A DNA stretch of 64,000 nucleotides from an uncultured Verrucomicrobiae bacterium (GTDB lineage Bacteria; Verrucomicrobiota; Verrucomicrobiia; Chthoniobacterales; UBA10450). Positions 11,301 through 19,718 of this stretch are shown in pieces. Under the pieces are notes generated by a model, which saw only the letters and a list, made by a program, of their open reading frames with translations, was not told the DNA's origin and did no database searches. The translations under genes were made by a program, and so were the position numbers. Numbering within the stretch: the first letter of the stretch is position 1; the number at the start of each line of letters is the position of its first letter. The DNA lies in assembly GCA_963815455.1 (NCBI GenBank), contig CAWFGO010000002.1, positions 544,001 through 608,000 on the forward strand, in the 5' to 3' direction.

Positions 11301-11625
11301 GGAACGGAATCTCAGCCAGGTTAAACCGCGCATTCCAAAACTTCGGATCGATCCGGACCGCTTCCTGCAGAGCTGTTTCCGCTTTGTCGTAAATGCCCTG
11401 CCGCATCAAAATAACGCCGCGCAGATTGTGCGATTCCGCCACGTCGGGTTGGCGCGCATCGATTTCGTCGAGTTGCTTTAAAGCCTCGGCGAAATTGTTC
11501 GCGTCAAACTCGCGAAACGCCTTCCCGTACATCGACTCCAGTTCCGATTTTGACGGAGCCACATTACTGGCCGCGAAGGAACTGAAAACCAATACCGTGA
11601 TTGCCGCGATTTTCCGAATCTTCAT
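8335..11625 (-). CDS. Large TPR-repeat membrane-anchored protein (signal peptide, duplicated TPR module, TM helix, Pro/Glu-rich linker, repeated C-terminal domain)
   Basis: Start MKIRKIAAITVLVF. TPR motifs (NLRGVIL, ARFNLAEI, AQYNLAQI). Hydrophobic stretch LLIVGSLLAATFLLAWVII. Confidence 0.8.
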   Translation of the reverse strand: MKIRKIAAITVLVFSSFAASNVAPSKSELESMYGKAFREFDANNFAEALKQLDEIDARQPDVAESHNLRGVILMRQGIYDKAETALQEAVRIDPKFWNARFNLAEIPFLKKDWPEARDRFQKLLSSNVSDLEGEAAQLIQYKILLTYLLEGKENMVDSILAKFELSPDTPAVHYANAALAFQHNNSKEAKDWMTAAEKNFSPQLNKLFAESLYEVGWMEKPAGQARASIPLTSAAERTEKTKAFARSRFEQAQQAFQQRDLTSARKFIDEADAAEPNQPATLNLRGEILVEQSEFDEAESSFKKAAKIDPKFREAQYNLAQIPFKKKDYAEARDRFEALLKQTPGGDKNQASQILKFKIFMTLLLEGKDSRAQKMMEQFQFTGDTPALYYAQAAWEFKHNNPNKASDWVTSAKKIYSPALNNVFADSFYDLGWMQTPAIAAGPAPAAEAATVMSAPTEASPAIEPSPIPGAALAANKLPKETKAEATAEKIESKPESKPETKAASSVSPLVSWKEGTTSQATESPALGLNLGSASAAGTPASPEEVPAAPAPTLSPMVETTPVAAEASPAAETEQLAVAESSPAAEQSAPPVAATPATTLAPARVAEPSQAAATANRMTAPRTLLIVGSLLAATFLLAWVIIPELNRRGVIQVPVFGQTAPASGPSVGSLPVAAAGNRPAVAKRLSGGPRQVSLQLKASEPSLRRSVLPSGKATRALGGASAAAGAVAEPVAYRAPEPVVRRTVEPAYRAPEPAVEMPPAEELAVESVGPVVDQALEATWPAVSDVAEPVSWATEMPAATEFAPSPFIEPEPVVESAIASPVFEPAIEPELEPIGQGQPIPYQMPVWEETSAAEAVVDTPAFDTSVLSTEPLIEQTITTVTMPEPIQIPTVRPAAGGAPQPAGAMHTAVQLTFTFEIASMQLTPTFKMGALQVRPTSKIVTMRLAPSQQPQPGMNLQVTFEIGKIQPAGGALGSIRLTPTQAQRPTQTGSPSFTVAGLQLVNFEAAPVQLTPSGQAASVLVTAPFQITTVEFSPSFEIASIVLNSNSKQVLVQLPGPAPTAGEGAPMFEIANLQLTGSGDIGMMQLNLAGHGQRRG

Positions 11626-11747
11626 AGAACGTCTATTACAACCCTTTCGCCCGACCCCTGACAAGCCTAAATTTGCCCTCGGGGGCAGGAAATTTTGGGT
11701 CCATTATAGACAGCACAAAACAGGCCTGCAACATTTTTACCATCCCA

Positions 11748-12548
11748 TCATAAAATCGGCCCTTTCTTCCCGGCGCTACCCCCTCCATCCCCATTGGCAC
11801 TTAAGAAGTTCAGGTTCGCCACAATCCGTAGCCCTTCCAGCGTCAGATTCGGCCGAATTACATCGATTTCCGGCAGCTTCGCCGCGAGCAACTTTGCGTA
11901 ACCGCCAGTCGCCGCGACGTGGACTTTTTGCCTCGGAAATTCCTCCGTCTTGATCCGCGTAATAATCGCGCGCACCAGCCCGCGATAACCAAACACCGCA
12001 CCGGATCGCATGGCCTCGATTGTCGATCTTCCAACCGCCCGGCGCGGCTCGCGCAAGGACAACCTGGGCAACAAGGCCGTGCGCTGATAGAGAAAATTCG
12101 TCATCGCTTCCAACCCGGGCGCGATGACTCCGCCGATGTAATTCTTGCGATTGGAAACAATATCGAACGTCACCGCCGTACCGAAGTCGACCACGATCGC
12201 GGGCCAGCCATACAGGGCCGCAACCGCTGCGGCATTCGCCAGCCGGTCCGCCCCGATGGTTTTCGGCGCCGGATAATCGATCCCGACGCCAAGCTTCAGT
12301 TTCCAGCCCAGCCAAAGCACTTTCGTTTTTCCGGCACCTTTTTTAACGACGCGATTTTTTTTCGGCACGACCGATGAGACAACAAGCATGTCGATCTTCC
12401 GTCGTCTTAGGATGCGGCGAAGATAATCGGCCGTCAGGTCATCGGTCGCGATCCGGACTGGGGGCGCCAGCCGCCGGCGAGAAGAAAAGGCCAGTTTCGT
12501 GAATGAATTGCTGATGTCGATCAACAGGTAACTCGACGCGCGCGCCAT
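11748..12548 (-). CDS. coaX: Type III pantothenate kinase
   Basis: LIDISNSFTK, IGADRLAN, VDFGTAVTFD, GGVIAPG, ATGG motifs. Confidence 0.93.
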   Translation of the reverse strand: MARASSYLLIDISNSFTKLAFSSRRRLAPPVRIATDDLTADYLRRILRRRKIDMLVVSSVVPKKNRVVKKGAGKTKVLWLGWKLKLGVGIDYPAPKTIGADRLANAAAVAALYGWPAIVVDFGTAVTFDIVSNRKNYIGGVIAPGLEAMTNFLYQRTALLPRLSLREPRRAVGRSTIEAMRSGAVFGYRGLVRAIITRIKTEEFPRQKVHVAATGGYAKLLAAKLPEIDVIRPNLTLEGLRIVANLNFLSANGDGGGSAGKKGPIL

Positions 12549-12626
12549 CTGTGCAATGCAGACACGGAACGCGGCACCACGTCAAGCCCGGTCGCCGCCG
12601 CGGAACACGCTTACCTGTCAGCAAAC

Positions 12627-13649
12627 TTGCAGCGCTTGGACGCAACGCGTAGCCTCGATGCCGTGAGAAAATTGGTTCATCGGCCGCGCCGGTTGCGCCG
12701 CTCGCCGGCTTTGCGCAATCTGGTTCGCGAGACGACTCTGACCGCTCACGATTTTATCCTGCCCCTGTTTATCAGCGAAAAAATCGATAAGCGCCGCCCG
12801 ATCGCCAGCATGCCAGGTGTTTTTCAATTTTCAGTAAAGGAAATTGTCGATGAAGCACAACGCGCGCAGGACCTCGATCTCCAGGCGGTTTTGCTTTTTG
12901 GAATACCGGAAAAAAAGGACGAGCGAGCCAGCGGGGCCTATGCGAAGAACGGCGTCGTTCAACAAGCGCTGCGGGCGATCAAATCAAAATGTCCCGACCT
13001 CGTGGTGATCACCGATGTTTGTTTGTGCGAATACATGAGTCACGGTCACTGCGGCGTGACGCGCATCGACGGCGACCACTTTCATGTTCTAAACGATGAG
13101 ACTGTCGATCTTCTCGTCAAAACCGCGATCTCCCACGCCGAAGCTGGCGCAGACATGGTTGCGCCGAGCGACATGATGGATGGTCGCATCGGCGCGATTC
13201 GCCAGGGCCTCGATGCGAGCGGCTTCGATCAGACCGGCATTTTGAGTTACGCCGCCAAGTTTGCCTCGGCATTTTACGGTCCATTTCGCGAAGCGGCAGA
13301 AAATTCGCCGCAACTTGGCGATCGCCGTTCTTATCAGATGGACTATGCCAATGCCGACGAAGCATTGCGCGAGGTCGGTCTCGATGTCGATGAAGGCGCG
13401 GACATCGTGATGGTCAAACCGGCGTTGCCTTACATCGACATTCTCTGGCGCGCGCGCGAGCGCTTCGGCAAACCCACCGCCGTTTTTCACGTCAGCGGCG
13501 AATACGCAATGGTCAAAGCCGCTGCCGAGAAAGGCGTTGTTGATGAACGCGCGGCTGTGCTCGAGATCGCCACTGCGCTCAAGCGTGCGGGCGCCGATAT
13601 TATTGTCACCTATTGGGCCGCGGAGCTGGCGGAATGGACGCGGCAATAG
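12627..13649 (+). CDS. hemB: Porphobilinogen synthase (Zn type); start may be GTG at 12663
   Basis: RPRRLR, DVCLCEYMSHGHCG, APSDMMDGR, MVKPA motifs. Confidence 0.96.
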   Translation: MQRLDATRSLDAVRKLVHRPRRLRRSPALRNLVRETTLTAHDFILPLFISEKIDKRRPIASMPGVFQFSVKEIVDEAQRAQDLDLQAVLLFGIPEKKDERASGAYAKNGVVQQALRAIKSKCPDLVVITDVCLCEYMSHGHCGVTRIDGDHFHVLNDETVDLLVKTAISHAEAGADMVAPSDMMDGRIGAIRQGLDASGFDQTGILSYAAKFASAFYGPFREAAENSPQLGDRRSYQMDYANADEALREVGLDVDEGADIVMVKPALPYIDILWRARERFGKPTAVFHVSGEYAMVKAAAEKGVVDERAAVLEIATALKRAGADIIVTYWAAELAEWTRQ

Positions 13650-14362
13650 AGATCCGTCGCGGCGAAACAGCCGCCCACAGCCGTCTAAAGCGGATCGCGT
13701 TTCTTTGGGCCCAGGCTCAGCGCTATCGCGCGTGCGCGATTGAAGTGAGTTTACCGCAATGCCGCTATCGCGCTGACGTTGCGGCTTATCGAGCTGACCC
13801 GAACGGATCCGACTTAACTGCGATCTTCGAATGCAAACAAGCGTTGCCTGACTTGCGCCGGGACAATTGCCAGAGCGACGCGACGCGTCAGCGTCTCGAG
13901 ACCGTTTGCCAGCGCCGGCAAGTTCTCGAAAAACATCTGCGAATACACTTTCCAAATCTGCGCATCGCCGATTCTCTCTTCCCCGAATTTGATTCGCACG
14001 ATTTCGCCGCGATTCAGCACCACGGTTACGCTCGTGTCTTGCGCGAACTGAACGCGCTGCAAAATCGGCTATACGATTGCACGAAGTTCGACAAGTTAGT
14101 TCGTTATCGTTGCGCCAATCTGTTTTTTCTGGTTCTGCCTCACGAACTGTTTCGCGATTCGGAGATTCCAGTCGGCTGGGGAGCACTCGTCGAATCCGAC
14201 GGCACGCTCACGCTGGCTCGCAAACCTACGTTTCAGGAAAACACTCCCGAAGCTCGCTTGCGCCTGCTGCAACGAATCGCCGTCACCGGTACGCGCGCTT
14301 TGAATCGACAATTGGAGATCACGTTCGACGACGTGGTCGCGGTCCGTTCTCGATGTTGTTGA
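13634..14362 (+). CDS. MmcB-like PD-(D/E)xK nuclease-fold protein
   Basis: EVSLP..RYRADV...IFECKQ..DLRRD and a later YRCANLFFLVLP...IPVGWG, resembling the MmcB/DUF1052 pattern (by eye). Confidence 0.55.
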   Translation: MDAAIEIRRGETAAHSRLKRIAFLWAQAQRYRACAIEVSLPQCRYRADVAAYRADPNGSDLTAIFECKQALPDLRRDNCQSDATRQRLETVCQRRQVLEKHLRIHFPNLRIADSLFPEFDSHDFAAIQHHGYARVLRELNALQNRLYDCTKFDKLVRYRCANLFFLVLPHELFRDSEIPVGWGALVESDGTLTLARKPTFQENTPEARLRLLQRIAVTGTRALNRQLEITFDDVVAVRSRCC

Positions 14363-14370
14363 TGTCGACG

Positions 14371-15903
14371 CTAAACGCGCACTAATAAATTGCGGCCGGT
14401 CATTTCCTTTGGCGGCGCCATCCCGAGCAAAAACAACAATGTCGGGGCGACATCGGCCAGGATCCCGTTTTCAACTTTAAACTGCGCAGCGTCCTGGGCC
14501 ACGTAAATGCAATGCACGAGATTTGTTGTGTGTGCTGTATTGGGTGAGCCGTCGGGGTTGCGCATTTGTTCGCAATTGCCGTGATCGGCGGTGACGAGGC
14601 ATTTTCCATCGAGCTCAAGGAGTTTTGGGATAATTCGGCCACAGCATTCATCCACCGTCTCGACCGCTTTGATTCCTGCTGCCACGATTCCGGTGTGACC
14701 GACCATGTCGGGATTGGCGAAATTTAAGATGATGAGTTCGTAATTCGCCATGCACCCGATGAGTTGTTCGGTAAGCTCGCGCGCACTCATTTCCGGTTTG
14801 AGATCGTAAGTCGCGACTTTGGGGGACGGGACAAGCTTACGGTCTTCGCCAGGAAATGGCCGCTCGATCCCGCCGTTAAAGAAATATGTAACGTGGGCGT
14901 ATTTTTCCGTCTCGGCGATCCGCAGTTGCTTCTTTCCAGCTGTGCTCACGACGTCGCCCAAAAGGTGAACCAGTTTTTCGGGCGAGAAAATGAACGGCGA
15001 AGGATAGGTCGAATCATATTGCGTGAGCGTAACGAAGTGGACTTGCGGCCATTTCTCTCGATCGAAGCCATTGAAATCCTTGAGTAGGAAAGCTTGAGAC
15101 AGTTGTCGCGCGCGATCGGCGCGGAAATTGAAAAACAAAACCGTGTCACCGTCGCGAACGCGTTGTTCGTTCGCGTGAGCGAAAACCAGCGGCGGAAGAA
15201 ACTCATCGGTCTTCCCGTCTTTGTATAGTCGATCCACCGCGGCCGACGGCGACGACTGGCCCCTTTCGCCCCGGCCCAACACAATCGCATCCCACGCTTT
15301 TTTGGTTCGATCCCAGCGGTGGTCTCGATCCATCGCGAAGTACCGTCCTACCACGGTGACGATCTCAGCGCCGCTGTTCCGCAACTGTTCCTCGCATGTT
15401 CGCAAAAATCCGGCCCCCCCGGTCGGCGAGGTATCGCGTCCGTCGGTAAAGGCGTGGACGAAAATCTCGGTAACGCCCGCGGCATGTGCCGCGTTAGCCA
15501 GAGCGATAAGATGGGAGTAATGGCTGTGCACTCCGCCATCGGAAACGAGACCTAACAAGTGGAGGCGTCGGCCACGCGCCGAAGCGAATGCTTCCTGAAC
15601 CACTCGATTGCGCTCCAATTCGCCTTCCGCGATCGCCTTGTTTATCCGGGTCAGGTCCTGGTAAACAATCCGGCCCGCGCCCAGATTTAGATGGCCGACC
15701 TCTGAGTTGCCCATTTGTCCATCCGGCAAACCCACATCCGCTCCGCTGGCGCTCAATGTTCCCCCGGGATATTCGCGATAGAGCCGATCATGAAATGGCG
15801 TGCGGGCAAGCAAAGTGGCGTCGCCGTTTTCCGTCCGCTTCTCTTTTCCGCCCGGATTGATGCCCCACCCGTCTCGAATCAAGAGCATTACCGGAGCTGC
15901 CAT
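14371..15903 (-). CDS. gpmI: 2,3-bisphosphoglycerate-independent phosphoglycerate mutase
   Basis: DGWG, MGNSEVGH, DGRDT, AETEKYAHVT, DMVGHTG, ADHGN motifs. Confidence 0.97.
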   Translation of the reverse strand: MAAPVMLLIRDGWGINPGGKEKRTENGDATLLARTPFHDRLYREYPGGTLSASGADVGLPDGQMGNSEVGHLNLGAGRIVYQDLTRINKAIAEGELERNRVVQEAFASARGRRLHLLGLVSDGGVHSHYSHLIALANAAHAAGVTEIFVHAFTDGRDTSPTGGAGFLRTCEEQLRNSGAEIVTVVGRYFAMDRDHRWDRTKKAWDAIVLGRGERGQSSPSAAVDRLYKDGKTDEFLPPLVFAHANEQRVRDGDTVLFFNFRADRARQLSQAFLLKDFNGFDREKWPQVHFVTLTQYDSTYPSPFIFSPEKLVHLLGDVVSTAGKKQLRIAETEKYAHVTYFFNGGIERPFPGEDRKLVPSPKVATYDLKPEMSARELTEQLIGCMANYELIILNFANPDMVGHTGIVAAGIKAVETVDECCGRIIPKLLELDGKCLVTADHGNCEQMRNPDGSPNTAHTTNLVHCIYVAQDAAQFKVENGILADVAPTLLFLLGMAPPKEMTGRNLLVRV

Positions 15904-15989
15904 ACCGAGGCACTCTGCCGACGATTAGCATTATCGACAAGGCGTTCTTTCGTTTGACAACGCCGGTGGCGCGCATTCACATCGCCTTC

Positions 15990-17255
15990 GTGAAGTGGCG
16001 CAACCAGTTACTGGCCCTTTTTTGTCTCATTGTCTTTGCCGGATTGGGAGTTCTCTATTTTCAGCACTGGGTCGTCCAAAAACCTTTCGGCATCATCTTG
16101 TTCGTCGGGGAAGGCCTGGCTCCAGGCCGGCTGGCTGCGACGCGTCTTTATCTGGGCGGGAGCGACACGCGGTTGGCGCTCGATTCGATGCCCCATGTGG
16201 CATTGCTCCGGAATCACTCAAAAGATTTTGCCACACCCGACCAGGCGGCAGCCGCGACAGCGATTGCGACCGGGGTAAAAGTAAATAATCGCTTGCTTGC
16301 CGTCGATGGCGATAAAAAGCAACTCACCAGCATTATCGAATTGGCCCGCGAACAAGGACGTGCCACTGGACTTGTCACCGATGCAAAGCTGACCAACCCG
16401 ACGAGTGCCGCGTTCTACGCGCATTCGGCGGACCCAAACGACGTTGACAGTATTGCCAGCAGCTTTGTCGACGGCGGGAGGATCGACATCGCCATGGGCG
16501 GTGGGCTCGCCCAATTTCTTCCGGCAGAAAAGGGCGGTTCGCGACAAGACGGGCGCGATCTTCTGCTCGAATTGCGCCGGGGGGGGTTCGATGTCGTCCG
16601 TACCCGAGCGGAACTGGAGGCGATTCCGGCGTGGCGGCGGTCGAAATTGTTCGGCGCCTTTAGCGACACCGAGCTGGCGTTCACAAATGAGGTCGAAGAG
16701 CGGGGACAGCAACCGAGCCTGTCCGACATGGTTAGGCGAGCGATTGAGCTACTTCAGTATAATCCCGGCGGATATTTGCTGGTAGTCGATGCGGGATTGA
16801 TGCGCAATGCTGCGCAGGAGAACAACGGCGAGCGAACGCTAAGCGAAACAGCGGAATTAGATCGCGCCGTTGCGGTGGCGCGGCGTTACGCCGGGGAAAG
16901 ATCGACAATTGTTGTTTGTGGCGACATGGCCATTGGCGGCATGAACTTGAATGGTTTTCCCTTTCGCAACGATAGCGGTATCGCGGTGTTCGGTCTGAAT
17001 TCCGCGGGACAGCCTTGGATCACATGGGCAGCCGGGCCAAATGGGGCACGATCGTACGGTGCGGCAAGGGTTCCGAATGAGCCGGCTAACGATCAGGAAA
17101 ACGTGGAACAGCCCGAGCCCGGATCGTTTTATACGAGGTGGGCCCTGCCAACTGTCGATGATACCATTGCCTTCGGCAGCGGCCGAGGAACCGAGCAGCT
17201 GCAAGGCTCACTGGATAACACGGCTGTCTTTGAGATCCTCCGCGACGAGCTTTAG
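15990..17255 (+). CDS. Alkaline phosphatase homolog with degenerate active site, N-terminal membrane anchor
   Basis: PhoA-like segments IILFVGEG, PDQAAAATAIATGVKVNN, GLVT..LTNPTSAAFYAH, PSLSDM..AIELL, GYLLVVDAG. Confidence 0.8.
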   Translation: MKWRNQLLALFCLIVFAGLGVLYFQHWVVQKPFGIILFVGEGLAPGRLAATRLYLGGSDTRLALDSMPHVALLRNHSKDFATPDQAAAATAIATGVKVNNRLLAVDGDKKQLTSIIELAREQGRATGLVTDAKLTNPTSAAFYAHSADPNDVDSIASSFVDGGRIDIAMGGGLAQFLPAEKGGSRQDGRDLLLELRRGGFDVVRTRAELEAIPAWRRSKLFGAFSDTELAFTNEVEERGQQPSLSDMVRRAIELLQYNPGGYLLVVDAGLMRNAAQENNGERTLSETAELDRAVAVARRYAGERSTIVVCGDMAIGGMNLNGFPFRNDSGIAVFGLNSAGQPWITWAAGPNGARSYGAARVPNEPANDQENVEQPEPGSFYTRWALPTVDDTIAFGSGRGTEQLQGSLDNTAVFEILRDEL

Positions 17256-17280
17256 GCAACGGCATTTCGCCAATCGCAGA

Positions 17281-17325
17281 AAAACAAAAAGCCCGTCGAC
17301 CAGATATTCCGATCGACGGGCCTTT
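17281..17325. terminator. Intrinsic terminator between convergent genes
   Basis: Stem gcccgtcga/tcgacgggc with an A-tract on the left (U-tract on the minus strand) and ttt on the right. Confidence 0.75.
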
Positions 17326-17338
17326 GGAAAGGAAACTG

Positions 17339-18733
17339 TTATGGGCCCGGGCTAACCGGCGTCACCAATGGAACAAACGTGAAGGGCGGTGGTGGCGGCA
17401 GCGGCGTCAGCGGGCCTTCGGCCGGTGCTGGCTCTTCAGCCGGAGTTTCTTTGCTATCTTTGAAATCCTTGCCCTCCGCTACCTCTTTGCCGTCGCCGAA
17501 ATCCTTGCCCTCATAGGTCTCAGAATTTTCTCCGCGACCGGTGCTGGTCATGTTAGCAGCGATGAGATTTTGCGGTTCGCCGCCACCAAAGCCGGCGATC
17601 TCCGCAACTGAGAATGTCGTATCCTCCTGCGCTGCCGGAGTCCACTTCACCATGATATAACGACCGGCTGTAACCGGAAAATCGACCGCTGCTCGTCCGC
17701 TGCTGTCATCAACGACAGAGCCCACGGGCTTCAATTCCGCCAGCAGGTTTTCATCGAGATGAAGCGTCTTAGGCGCAGCGTCCGAACCGGGCAGTGACTG
17801 GAGCACATAAAAATCCATGGTTCCCTGACGTCGCGAATACAGCGCGGAAATTCGGCGAACGGGCACCACCTTGCCCAGATCGACGATCGCGATCGGCGCG
17901 CTATCGGTAGACGAGAACGTAAAACCCGTCGCCGGTTGACTGTCGATCATGTTATTGGCCAGGTTCAGATCGTCGCCCGAGCTCACGTAAAGCACGCGAG
18001 ACTTTGAGTGCAGATCGGTGAGATTATAGCTGATCAGCGCGAAGCTGTCGGACCGGTTTTGCAGACTGACCTTGCGCAACCGCGGCATGGTAAAATCAGA
18101 CACGGCCGGCGTCGAGTACACACCCAATCCAGCCATGCGGCCGGGCTCGGTTATATCAAACGTCAGTCGAACGTACTTCGCTTCGCTTGGGCCGATTTTC
18201 GCCTTCACGATATCAGAGTTCAGTTCCTGCTGTGAAACGTCGTGCCATTGCGGGCTGTCCGCCGGCAGTTTCGCGCTCGCCGTGGCAATGTTGACACTGC
18301 CTTTGGCGCCGCGGTTCAGAAAGGAAATGCTGTCGACGTTTTCGATTTTTGGAAAGGAAATGAGCAATCTAGTCGCGCCGCTTGGCAGCGCATAACCAAC
18401 AGTCGGGTCGTCGCACAGGAGCGCTGCTTCAGCCGTATTGGTGTCTTCAGAATTGGAGCTGAGCTGCAAACCGGTAATCGAAGTGCTTTGCGGGGCGGCC
18501 TCAACTTCCGCTCCGAGGTGGTACCGGGCCAGATTTTCCGGATATGCCGGGGCTTGAGCCACGGTAAGCGGGGGAACCTTTTGCAACACTAATTCTGCCG
18601 CAATTAGTCCAGAGGCGTTCGCGAGAATCACGCCGCAGAAAAGACCACCGGCCTTGACGAAGAAAGAAGAAGGTGCGTTCATAATTTCCATAGTTTCAAA
18701 AAAGATGATATTACGCCGGTCTTCCTTTGGCAA
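17339..18733 (-). CDS. Secreted protein with two discoidin/galactose-binding-like domains and a DGK/Pro-rich tail; start uncertain
   Basis: Signal-like segment. Two similar units (NLARYHLGAEV...EAKYVRLTF and NLTDLHSKSRV...IVDLGKVVPVRRI...AGRYIMVKW). Confidence 0.65.
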   Translation of the reverse strand: MPKEDRRNIIFFETMEIMNAPSSFFVKAGGLFCGVILANASGLIAAELVLQKVPPLTVAQAPAYPENLARYHLGAEVEAAPQSTSITGLQLSSNSEDTNTAEAALLCDDPTVGYALPSGATRLLISFPKIENVDSISFLNRGAKGSVNIATASAKLPADSPQWHDVSQQELNSDIVKAKIGPSEAKYVRLTFDITEPGRMAGLGVYSTPAVSDFTMPRLRKVSLQNRSDSFALISYNLTDLHSKSRVLYVSSGDDLNLANNMIDSQPATGFTFSSTDSAPIAIVDLGKVVPVRRISALYSRRQGTMDFYVLQSLPGSDAAPKTLHLDENLLAELKPVGSVVDDSSGRAAVDFPVTAGRYIMVKWTPAAQEDTTFSVAEIAGFGGGEPQNLIAANMTSTGRGENSETYEGKDFGDGKEVAEGKDFKDSKETPAEEPAPAEGPLTPLPPPPPFTFVPLVTPVSPGP

Positions 18734-18930
18734 TACAAATCTTCGTCACCCCGGGATTTTTTTTCCGCCCCATCCCAACCCCAATCCTCACTCGCCTTTT
18801 GTAACTCAAATGGCCTCGCTTGTCGATCTTTCAATGACGCCAGGAGTGCAAAAAACCAGCCCTCAATTGAATCAATGGGGACGAACAGCTAAAGCCAGGT
18901 TTCTAGACGGACTCGGCGTCCGACCAAAGT

Positions 18931-19506
18931 CTAATTGCTCGCGTAAAGCCCGGTGCTAATAGCGCGATATTTCCGGGGACCGGAATAGGCGTAGAGCGGA
19001 ATGTAAGATCGGGTTCCCAAGCGATCGGAGCGGCAGGCCGCCCGTTTAATGGTAGGATCGAGCACGTACTTTCCCGAATCGGTCGTCCATTCCAGCCAGG
19101 CGTGTGTCTTGCGGCTCGTCCATGAGCGCTTGCCAATGACCAGCCGCACATTCTCGGCGCCTTGGGCTTGCATTCGATAATAGAGGGCAACCGCCTTGCC
19201 CTTGCAGTCTGCCGCCGGGCTCGCTTCAACCTCGGAGGGGGTCTTCCACTGAGGGCTAAACCCGTAAGGAATCGCCCGGAGATCCTTGATCCAGTGATTA
19301 ACAATGGCCAGGGAAAGGTTGTGGTTAGGGGCTTCAGGCTCGGTAAAGAGGACCGGTCGGATTCGAGTCATTTGCCTGTCGTAGGGTGTAGAATTCACAC
19401 TGAGGTAGAAAGCGTCCGCGAAACAGGAAGCGGAGAGACAGATCAAACCGGCGATAACGAGGAGGATCTTTTTGACCGGGTAAGGATAGATGCTTATTAG
19501 AATCAT
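18931..19506 (-). CDS. Periplasmic transglutaminase-like cysteine protease (BTLCP/LapG-like)
   Basis: Signal peptide. Cys-His-Asp triad pattern WKTP...ADCKGKA...HAWLE...VLDP. Confidence 0.75.
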   Translation of the reverse strand: MILISIYPYPVKKILLVIAGLICLSASCFADAFYLSVNSTPYDRQMTRIRPVLFTEPEAPNHNLSLAIVNHWIKDLRAIPYGFSPQWKTPSEVEASPAADCKGKAVALYYRMQAQGAENVRLVIGKRSWTSRKTHAWLEWTTDSGKYVLDPTIKRAACRSDRLGTRSYIPLYAYSGPRKYRAISTGLYASN

Positions 19507-19525
19507 AGAATCTATGGTTCTTATA

Positions 19526-19541
19526 AGCACCGCCCGTGCCA
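19526..19541 (-). promoter_or_regulatory. Sigma54 (-24/-12) promoter candidate
   Basis: Minus strand TGGCACGGGCGGTGCT versus consensus TGGCACG-N4-TTGCW; 20 nt upstream of the ATG at 19506. Confidence 0.6.
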
Positions 19542-19580
19542 AGCCCTTTGCCGTGCCCGCGCGACCAGGCCTATTCGACA

Positions 19581-19718
19581 GGAAGAACGGCTCTAAACCC
19601 CGAGCCGGCGCTGCCGGGCCCTACCAATAATGCGACTGTTGCTCGCGATGGAAGAACGGCTCTAAACCCCGAGCCGGCGCTGCCGGGCCCTACCAATAAT
19701 GCGACTGTTGCTCGCGAT
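19581..19718. repeat. Perfect 69-bp tandem duplication
   Basis: ggaagaacgg...gctcgcgat occurs at 19581-19649 and 19650-19718. Confidence 0.97.

Noticed and set aside
19581..19718. Possible CRISPR array
   Set aside because: Two directly adjacent 69-bp copies, no spacers, no cas genes.
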